Shown piece after piece: positions 53,380 through 64,000 of a stretch of DNA of 64,000 nucleotides; position 1 is the stretch's first letter, and each line of letters begins with the position of its first letter. The DNA comes from Blastocystis sp. Blastoise. Lineage: Eukaryota > Protista > Bigyra: Opalinata. The notes beneath the pieces were generated by a model that was not told where the DNA came from, made no database searches, and saw only the letters and a program-made list of their open reading frames with translations. Position numbers and translations under genes: made by a program. The DNA is taken from the NCBI GenBank assembly GCA_039096225.1, contig JBBPEB010000013.1, positions 2,099,989 to 2,163,988 of the forward strand. The letters run 5' to 3'.

Positions 53380-56300
53380 GTTTATTGGCAATACCTGACG
53401 TTATTAGACTATGATCTAGTTGTGATGAAACAGGAAGAAATATGTTTGACAAAGTATTGTAAATGTTGATAATTATTATTATTTATATATAGGTTAATCA
53501 TAATTGGAGTGATTCAGAACAATCTCACAAGCTATACAAACAGTTCTAAATCAAAATAAATTCAAAAAAATTCAAAAAACTGAGAAAATGGGAGATCATT
53601 TCTTTTTGTATATAATTAATATTTTATAGTATTTATTTATTTTAGTTTAGAATATCGAAATTAATACTTTGATGTCATTCTGGTGTCTTGAATGTTCTAA
53701 ATTATAAAACAAACAAAATCTTCAAAAATTCTTATAGGTAAATATTTATATACATATATATATTTATTTTATTTTGTTTTTTTTATTTAATTCATATGTT
53801 TATTATATTAATTTAATTATACTAGATATAAATATATTGAAAATAGTTGTTTTACATTATATCTACTTTTAATTTGGTAATTCAATATTTTATTATATAT
53901 GTATAAAATTTATTTATTATTTCAATACTTTTTTTATATATATATTTTGTTATTGTATTTTTAATCTTATTTATTGCCTATATAGGAAATTTTAATTAGA
54001 AAATAATGTTTAAAACAATTTTAATTGAATATTATGGTATATTGAAATATTTTTATTATTATTAAGAAGAATTCATATATATATATATATATATTGTTTT
54101 TATTTAATATATATGAATATATTTAGATTTATTTATATTTAGGTTCAGATCGTATTATTATATATATAAAGAATAACAGAGAAGTATAAAAGAGAGATTA
54201 GTAGTCTTGTAACTTGAATTATTATAGTATATATATATTTAGTTATTTATATTATTTGCTAAATTTATTTATATTATTTGTTATTTATTTATTTGTATTA
54301 TTTGTTATTCATTTATATTCTACAGTCATATAAAAAGACTAGTAAACAGGAATACTTATTATGTGACTCACTCTATAGATTACTAGAGGTATCTATAAGA
54401 AAATAGTTTATATATATATATATTAGTAATTTTTATTTATATTATATTTTTTATTTATTTGTTATTAATTTATTTATTATTAATTTATTTATATTATTAG
54501 TAATGCGATTATAGTTAGTATCTATATATTCTCCATATATAATTGTTATTATTCTATATAAATCTTTATATATATATAAATGCTACTAATACTATATTCT
54601 AGATCCATTTTCATTTCGTTCACTCCTCCTCTTCACCATCTTTGTATAGTTATATATATTTTTTATGTCTCTCCAGAATATGTAGTGTTTTCAACATATA
54701 TATGTATATGTATATTATATTATTATAATTATTATTTTTTTTTTCTTTTTTAACTGATATCATTTGTATATATAGGAATAGAATATAATTCTATATCTTG
54801 TTATATTTTTCAATTTACTCAAGAATGAATACTTTAACATATTTATTATATATAAGCGTAAACCATTCAGATTTCCATGGGAATTAAGTCTACTGACCTT
54901 TTATGTCTCATGAAAAATAATATATTGTGTTGATTTACTATTATTACTTTTTTCTATGTAAATACAGAAGGATTAGAAAAACAATGACAAGTTTATAATT
55001 ATAAGTATATAAACATATTATGATTATAATTATTGATATAATTATCTTTTACTTCAATCTATTTTATTATTACTTTTTTTCTATTCGTTGTGTATCTATT
55101 TATATATATATATAGGTATCGATTTCTATTCTAGACATCTCCCTCTCTTCCTCTCTAATAAACTCTATATATTCCTGTTATTCACCTTGTCATGTTGATT
55201 CTATATTAGTTTCATTGCACAAGATTCATCTGTGTTCCAGAACATACTTAAAACTGTAGAATCTTTCAGTGATAATAATCAATATTTTTTTATAAATATA
55301 TATTATTGAAAGAAGTCCAGATCATATTGAAAAAGTATATTTATATATATATATATAATTATAATACTATATATATATATATAATATAGAACAGTAATTA
55401 ATTAATTACCTATTTTTATACACACGAAAATATCTGTGTTTCTTTTTGTTCTACAGATATATTATATATCCGATGATTTTATACAATAGAAATATCTTTA
55501 TGGATATACTAATGTTATTAATTATAAATTGTATATACATATATATATATATAGTTCCTATTAGTTAATAAATTTGTCTTCATTTAATTATCGACTTGCT
55601 TATTTACTGTTTCTAAAGAATTCTTTCTTTCTAAGGTGACTCCTATGAATATAACATTATGAAATACTATTATTAATTATATTCTAGGTAACTTCTATAT
55701 TATTAAGTATATATATTTATTGTTTTTATTCAGTATTATTTATCTATTATATATATAGATCTGATTCTTCTATAATGAAGATATTGACTACTATAAAATG
55801 GTTTCCTAATAATTTTAATAAATTATATATACCTAATAGAATTATATAATCTTATGGATATCTCTATGAAAACATTATTATATGAACTATATCATCCTTT
55901 TCGATATATTAATGTTTTATTATCAATATATATTTGATTTATTAGGAATTAATTAAATTATACATAGAATAGTTATTTAAGAATATGTTATAATGTAGAT
56001 GATAAATTTAAGAAGATAAAAAAAAATAATAATAAAGAAAATATTGATTGATATATACAACTATATAATTTATTATTATGTTATTTAAATAAAGAATAAA
56101 ATAGTTTTTAATTTCTTCAAATTCAAAAGGTTTCCTTTCCTTTTTCTATGAGAATGAAGGAAAAAAAGATTATCTATATCTGTGTGCTGAATAATTCTTA
56201 TAGAACTTAAAGAAGTATATATAAGTTATTATTGTTATTATTTTATGTTTATTATATTATATATATATTCTAGAATCCATTTATTTACATGTATTTTACT

Positions 56301-57250
56301 CCTCCTTCTCTTTCTCCTATATCACAATCAAAATCTACTATAACTACATTATTCTATGATTTAAATGAAAATATTTATATGAATAAGTGTTGGTTAGCTT
56401 CTTCTAATTATTCTATTATTACTAAAAAAACAAGTATATATATATATATATATATATATTGTATTATATATAATTATTTTCTGATCTTATTCAATCATTA
56501 TAATTAGCAACTCAATTTTCTTAAGAAATATTATTAAAATAATTAATACGTATTAATTTACTGTATAAAAAAAGAATTACTCTTAAGATTTATTGAAATC
56601 AATTAAAAATATATGTGTAACTATATATGAACAATTATTTACTATTAAGAATGAATCTACTAAACCTACTCTTCTTCCTCTAGAACTAATTTCAGATATA
56701 TAAATATTGGGTCCATTAATCTTTCTAAAATGAATAAATTTATTATTATAACTAAACAATAAATACTGGATTCTATTAAAGAACTATTAAATAATATAAA
56801 ATGAATTAAAACTAATATAAAATTTAGAAGAATATATTCTGGTTTCATATCTCCTTTAGAAACTAATTATTTATTTATATATAAAATTTTTATTATTATC
56901 TAACTATATTGAACAATTAAAAGTATTGAAAAGTCGAAATAATATTGGAAATAAGATTATAGACAAGTATATATATATTTATATTATTATTAGAATTATA
57001 TATATATATATTATATTGTTATTGATGTATATATTTAGATATTAATACATACAAAGATAAATAGAATGATACTATTTCTTTCTTTGATCTTTTGGTTATT
57101 CTCTTTGTATGTTGTTAACTTTAGTTCTTTCGAATTCGAAGAGTATTATTTTGAATGTTTTTGTTTAATTATATCTTCTATTATATATTATTATTATATA
57201 TATTATATCTATAAACTTATTTTTTTATAGTCTAAGTATTTTATTAAATT
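53380..57250 (+). pseudogene. Decayed multi-intron gene, unknown product
   Basis: Exon-like blocks bounded by ATAG/GTAT (LLAIPDVIRL*SSCDETGRNMFDK|VNHNWSDSEQSHKLYKQF*; YFTPPSLSPISQSKST..NKCWLASSNYSIITKKT|), with frequent stops. Confidence 0.5.
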
Positions 57251-60200
57251 ATTCACTGAATTATACTATAATAGATAAGAATGAATTTAATGATAAAAAT
57301 AAATAATAATGATATAATCAATAGGAGTAATAAACATACATTTCTAAAGGAAAAATAGTCTATGTTATATATATATTATTTAATAATTGTTTTACATCTT
57401 TACAACATATATATAATTACTATTCCATGTTATTACTCTTTTTATTATCTACTAAACAATATATTCCTTATAATATTATTTTATTTAATTTATTTATCTC
57501 TTCTTGTATTATATCTTTATAACAGTATAAATTATTTTATTATTAACGTTTCTACCTAAATAGCTAAGAGTCTTCCTTATATACAACTTTGTTAATAATA
57601 TTTTTTTTTAACTTTTATTTCTATTAATACTCTTTAAATTGATTCATTTAAAACTTAATTCTTTACACATTCATTTCTATGAGTATGTAAAAATAAGAAG
57701 AGCCAATAATTATAAATAAAAAATATTTTTAAAGAATTAGTAAATCAGTTTGTGAAAGTATATCAGATTAAATATTTTCTTATTTTAAATGATATAATTA
57801 TTGTAATAAAATACTATATAATCATTATAGTATCTCGATTAAACTCAATATAGTTTTTATTTCATTTATTATTGGTTGTTATTCTTTCAATAACCTAATA
57901 TCACTTGTCATAACATAAATATAAATATCATAATTATTATATTATGAATGTACAGTGATATTTGAACTATGCTGACTTTTTTAGTATTCAATCATTCAAG
58001 AGAAAAAAAAGGAGAAATCATCATAGGATAGATTTTTCAGAGTTTTCGTATATATAAAAAATTTATACATATTTTAGGGTTAGGGGTTGGATTATTATTT
58101 GACATAAAAGTTTTTCACATAAATCTTTTTATTTATTTTTTTTATGATTGTTTTTTTTTTGATTTCTAATGGTATTTATGGTTATTAATAAATATATTTT
58201 ATTTTATAGTTATCATTTATGACTCAAATAAATAAGAGATGAATACAATTTTTTTTCTTGGATGAAGATATATTCTTATTTCTCTATTTATCTACTCTCT
58301 ACAGTTATAACTTTGTTTTTGGTGTTCTACTGATCAGGAATGACTTACTTTGAAATGTATGCTTTAAATATTTTTATATAATAGTTATAGTTGGCTTTTT
58401 TTAGCTGGTGGTCCTTGAAGTGTAATCATTAATTGATGTGTGCGTTTAATATTTATTATTTATAATTATTTTTTTTATCATTTTCATTTTAAACTATATA
58501 TAGTTTTTTAAAATGATCTTAAAATTGAAGATAAAGTGATATTTGATGTGCTTATATAAGGTATATAATTTATTATTATTCAATTATCAATATTTTTATA
58601 ATTACATTTCTATAGTCTTTAAAAATGGTCAAAAAACGACACTCTGCATGAATACTAAACATATAAAAAATCTATGTTAGTTTATTAATTATTTATGTAT
58701 TATTTTTGTTAGTTTATTATTTTTCTGTTTATAATACTATTCAATGAAAATGAGTTGTTTTGGGATTAAAAAGGATATTAATTAAATATGAAATGACTTA
58801 TTAAACCCTTTTATATATCATTAATACCCATATTATGTTAATTAAATAATATATATGTTTTATTTCTCGTGAATTTTTATTTGCTTAGGGTTAGAACCAA
58901 ATAAATTTCTGAAATTGCTTCTTAAAAAAATATTGGGTCTGATAGTGGTGTCATATACGTTATTTGGTGTTGACTTTAGAGTCAGAATGTGATTTTTTAT
59001 TTCTATTTAGTGCTTTTCTAGAGGATGACAGTAATCAGGCTAAGGGTTATTTAAAAAAGAAAAACAAAAAAATATCTATTTGTGAAAATGTTCTATATGT
59101 CAAAGAATCTATATAAAGTAAAATAATTAAAAAATTATTATTAATGTTGTATAGTGATCACTTATAAGGAAATAAAAACAAACTAATTTTTCTTTTAAAT
59201 TATGAATAGTAAATAAATAATTCTATGAAATATTTAGAATTGTAAAAGAAATTTAAATAAAAATAATTAAAAATTTTAATTTGCTATTTTTTAAATATAA
59301 ATAAAATTAATATATGAAAAAAATAAAATTTTTTAAAAGAAAACATTTTTGTAATTCTTGTTTTGGAATAGATTTTAGTGTCATAAATTGTTTTTCAATT
59401 ATATATTTTATATATATTATTAATGATAATCCAAAATTAGTAATATTAAAGAATTATTTATCATATATAGATAATCAAAACCATTCTTTTAAAATTTTTA
59501 TTATATAAATAAATATTAATAAAAAAAATAATATTTATTTTTATAGATATATATTATTATAATTTTTATTTTGTATAGTTTTAAAATAGATTATTTTTAA
59601 TTAGAAATATATATATAATATTAAAAGAAATTATTCTTAGAGTGATAAATTTATTTTATTAATAAAATATTTTAACTAATTCTTAAAATATATAAAACAT
59701 TATAGTGTTATATCTTTAAATAGAAATTTATATTAAATGATGATACAAAGAAAATACATATGTGTTGATATAGAATTATAATAGATTCGAATATTATATT
59801 TTAATTTATTTTATTATTATAAAAAATATATAAATTGTTTTATAAAATATTTTTTATATATTTTAATGTCAATGATTCATTTTTATTAAATGAATTTATA
59901 TTTATATTTATAAATATAATTATTTAATTAATATAGTATTTATTATAAACTTAATGATTTTAATGATATTGAAGTATTAATAAATAAAAGATAAGAATTA
60001 TGTATTAAATTATTTATTTATATAATGAATAAAATATTTTAAAAATCATATTCACATTCATTTATTTATAAATTATTTTTTATATTTTATTTATTCATTC
60101 GATATTCTATTAATAATATGGAATTCAAAATATATTTGATAATAAATTATTCTTTGAATAAGGTATTTGATTTTTATTAAGATTAAATGAATTTTTTATA

Positions 60201-61599
60201 ATTTTTATGTAGTTTAATTATTTAATTATTTATTTAATTTATAAAAATGGATTGAATTATGAATAAGTTATATTAATATAATAGAATTCATTTAAATGTG
60301 ATACTAGAAATTTTTTAAAATATAAATTACATTTATATATATATATTGAATAAATATATTAATAAAATATAAATGAAATAGTTTTTTGAATATATAATAT
60401 AAATATATATTTATTAAAAATGATTATTTCCAAATTAATTTATGATAATTTTTTTTATTATAATAGTTATTTTACATTTAATATGATGAATTGTATTTAA
60501 TAATAATAATTGTTTTATAATAAATAATATAATAAATAATACTATTAAATTAATATAGAAAATATATACAAACAAATATATTTATTAATTAAAAAAAATT
60601 TATTAATAAATATATATGTAATTTTAAAATAAAAATGATTATTGATTTATGATTGATATTTAAATTAAAAAATTAAAATAATGAAGATGATTTAAAAATA
60701 TAATTTTTATTAAATATTAATATAAAATTCTATTTAAATAATTGAATAATAAATTAAAATAATATTTTATATGAATTAATCAATTGATGAAATAAAATTG
60801 CATTGAAATTGTTTAGTATTAGAAATATTTTTATAAATAATATTACTTTTTATTTATACATATATATAATAATGAATGAAGATAATCATATATATATGAA
60901 TTCATTATAAATGTAAATATATCTATTTGAATAATAGAAAAGATATTATTAAAATTTATAGTTTGTTATATATATATAAAATTATTTATAATATATATTA
61001 AGAAATTATATTAGTTTTTAAAATATATATATAAATTAGAAAAAAGAATTAAAATGATATATTATATATTTATTTCTGATTGTATGGAAATATATTATTT
61101 ATAATGAATAATTCAATTAGTAATGAATACTTTATAAAATATTTATGATATGCATTAGAATTATGTTAATTAACGTTTATACGATAAAATAATAATGAAT
61201 ATATGTATATATATACATATAATTACAAATAATTATAAAAAATTAATTTTTTTGTAATAAATACTATGTTTTTTAGAATTGATATGCTTGGTATTTTTAT
61301 ATGAGAAAGAATAGAGTCACATGACAATTAATGAATGATATAGAATTTATGAATAATTTGATTTATTACTATAATATTTATAAATAATTTTGATTATTAA
61401 TAGAAGAAGCTTATATAAAAATATAAAACAAAATTAGGTAGAATAAATAGTAGCTAAGAGTCTAATATTCTTAATAAGTGTAATGTTTTGTTCTAGTATA
61501 GGTGTATGTAAATCATATAGATAATAATGAGTACCTATGAGTATATAGGAGACTTGATAAGTTATTAATAACAAAAAAATTAATAAGTAATCATTTTTA

Positions 61600-62546
61600 T
61601 ATATAATGAAGTATTTATGAAATTTATGACTTTTTGAGTGTAATTTGATGAATAATCGTGATTATGTTCTAAACTTGATTATATATATATAAAATGATAT
61701 ATTTATGATTATTGAAGAGTTCTAGAGTAAAATTGAATAAATTCCCGTGATTATTTTTGAAAGTTGATGATTTTAAATATAATGAAATATTTATGATTAT
61801 TTATGTTATCCAAAGTAAAATTTGGTAGATAATCGTGATTATTTTTGAAAGTAAGATCTATTATAAAAAAATGATAGAGTTATGTATATATATGATGTAT
61901 AGAGTGTTATATGGGATATTTCATTAATTATTTAGAAAATTATTACATTTTTATACAAAACCATAGACTTATGTATATTATAAGTCATATAGGTTTTCTT
62001 TAACATATTTAAGTGGTATTTTATGAGAGTCGAGTATTTTATGGATCATGATAATATTATGATTATTTATGACTTATAGAGTCTTATTTGATAAATTTCA
62101 ATGATTATTTTTGAAAATTGATAATCTGTACATAAGATGATATATTTATGATTATTTATGACTTCTAGAGTATAATTTAATATATTCCCGTGATTATTTT
62201 TGAAAGTAAGATATTTTCATGGATAACAAAATACTGATTAATATATATGAGGTATAGAGTGCTATGTAAGATATCTTAATGTCTCTTTTAAAAACTAAGA
62301 TATATTTGACTCAAACAGTTAGGGTTATATGTATATATGACTTATAGGTGTTTTGTGACATAATATGTGACTGTTCATGAAAGTTGAGAATTTTATATAT
62401 AATGACACATTTATGATTATTTATGACTTATAAAGTGTTATTTGATAAATTCCCATGATTATTTTTGAAAATTGATAATCTGTACATATAATGTATATTT
62501 ATGATTATTTATGACTTCTAGAGTATAATTTGATAAATTCCCGTGA
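61600..62546. repeat. Subtelomeric satellite: ~88-bp monomer in a ~354-bp higher-order unit
   Basis: (G/A)TGATTA anchor at 61658, 61747, 61835, 62101, 62190, 62455 and 62543, giving steps of 88-89 bp. Best-matching copies are 353-355 bp apart. Core ATTTATGATTATTTATGACTTCTAGAGTATAATTTGATAAATTCCCGTGATTA. Confidence 0.9.
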
Positions 62547-63428
62547 TTAGGGTTAGGGTTAGGGTTAGGTTAGGGTTTTAGGTTTAGGGTTAGGGTTAGG
62601 GTTAGGGTTAGGGTTAGGGTTAGGGTTAGGGTTAGGGTTAGGTTAGGGTTAGGGTTAGGGTTAGGGTTAGGGTTAGGGTTAGGGTTAGGGTTAGGGTTAG
62701 GGTTAGGGTTAGGGTTAGGGTTAGGGTTAGGGTTAGGGTTAGGGTTAGGGTTAGGGTTAGGGTTAGGTTAGGGTTAGGGTTAGGGTTAGGGTTAGGGTTA
62801 GGGTTAGGGTTAGGGTTAGGGTTAGGGTTAGGGTTAGGGTTAGGGTTAGGGTTAGGGTTAGGGTTAGGGTTAGGGTTAGGGTTAGGGTTAGGGTTAGGGT
62901 TAGGGTTAGGGTTAGGGTTAGGGTTAGGGTTAGGGTTAGGGTTAGGGTTAGGGTTAGGGTTAGGGTTAGGGTTAGGGTTAGGGTTAGGTTAGGTTAGGGT
63001 TAGGGTTAGGGTTAGGGTTAGGGTTAGGTTAGGTTAGGGTTAGGGTTAGGGTTAGGGGTAGGGTTAGGGTTAGGGTTAGGGTTAGGGTTAGGGTTAGGGT
63101 TAGGGTTAGGGTTAGGGTTAGGGTTAGGGTTAGGGTTAGGGTTAGGTTAGGGTTAGGGTTAGGGTTAGGGTTAGGGTTAGGGTTAGGGTTAGGGTTAGGG
63201 TTAGGGTTAGGGTTAGGGTTAGGGTTAGGGTTAGGGTTAGGGTTAGGGTTAGGGTTAGGGTTAGGGTTAGGGTTAGGGTTAGGGTTAGGGTTAGGGTTAG
63301 GGTTAGGGTTAGGGTTAGGGTTAGGGTTAGGGTTGGGGTTGGGGTTAGGGTTAGGGTTAGGGTTAGGGTTAGGGTTAGGGTTAGGGTTAGGGTTAGGGTT
63401 AGGGTTAGGGTTAGGGTTAGGGTTAGGG

Positions 63429-63469
<41 letters not shown>

Positions 63470-64000
63470 GGTTAGGGTTAGGGTTAGGGTTAGGGTTAGG
63501 GTTAGGGTTAGGGTTAGGGGTTAGGGTTAGGGTTAGGGTTAGGGTTAGGGTTAGGGTTAGGGTTAGGGTTAGGGTTAGGGTTAGGGTTAGGGTTAGGGTT
63601 AGGGTTAGGGTTAGGGTTAGGGTTAGGGTTAGGGTTAGGGTTAGGGTTAGGGTTAGGGTTAGGGTTAGGGTTAGGGTTAGGGTTAGGGTTAGGGTTAGGG
63701 GTTAGGGTTAGGGTTAGGGTTAGGGTTAGGGTTAGGGTTAGGGTTAGGGTTAGGGTTAGGGTTAGGGTTAGGGTTAGGGTTAGGGGTTAGGGTTAGGGTT
63801 AGGGTTAGGGTTAGGGTTAGGGTTAGGGTTAGGGTTAGGGTTAGGGTTAGGGTTAGGGTTAGGGTTAGGGTTAGGGTTAGGGTTAGGGTTAGGGTTAGGG
63901 TTAGGGTTAGGGTTAGGGTTAGGGTTAGGGTTAGGGTTAGGGTTAGGGTTAGGGTTAGGGTTAGGGTTAGGGTTAGGGTTAGGGTTAGGGTTAGGGTTAG
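62547..64000 (+). repeat. Telomere (TTAGGG)n
   Basis: About 1.45 kb of TTAGGG runs to the window end with the G-rich strand oriented outward. Occasional TTAGG, TTAGGGG, TTTAGGG and TTGGGG variants. Confidence 0.99.

Noticed and set aside
49400-57250. Stop-codon reassignment as an explanation for in-frame stops
   Set aside because: The intact long ORFs have no internal stops, use TGG for Trp and end in TAA. The relics also contain frameshifts, so decay is the simpler explanation.
63333-63524. ORF MGLGLGL...RVRVRV
   Set aside because: It is a translation of telomeric repeats.
62600-64000. Variant telomere units as evidence of a sloppy telomerase
   Set aside because: Most variants are G-run length changes, indistinguishable from long-read homopolymer errors.

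Overview
This is the right-hand end of a chromosome from a very AT-rich, intron-dense microbial eukaryote. The short GTATAT...ATAG introns, TTAGGG telomere and He_PIG/galactose-binding surface protein resemble a low-GC Blastocystis-like stramenopile; that taxon is an inference. Main genes in order: (1) a ~40-intron secreted protein with a fibro-slime/PA14 domain and Ig/filamin-like repeats (6582-13082, -); (2) a gene pair present twice, a BTB-like+degenerate-LRR gene followed by a BTB-like+TLDc gene (16041-22739 and 41179-47917); (3) a ~2,350-2,400 aa type I membrane adhesin-like protein with bacterial-type sugar-binding modules, He_PIG Ig domains, six HRM-like Cys modules, an exact 420-bp internal repeat and a 6.2-kb last exon (23336-30952, -). 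Non-coding structure includes a 182-bp hAT-type MITE with an 8-bp TSD plus two decayed relatives, a 33-bp-phased TGACGTCA array, a perfect 40-bp inverted repeat pair 2.7 kb apart carrying ACGCGT boxes, a non-canonical tRNA-like cloverleaf and several decayed pseudogenes. The window ends in an ~88/354-bp higher-order subtelomeric satellite and a TTAGGG telomere from 62547 that joins the satellite at a TTA microhomology. All gene models and domain calls were made by eye, without database searches.
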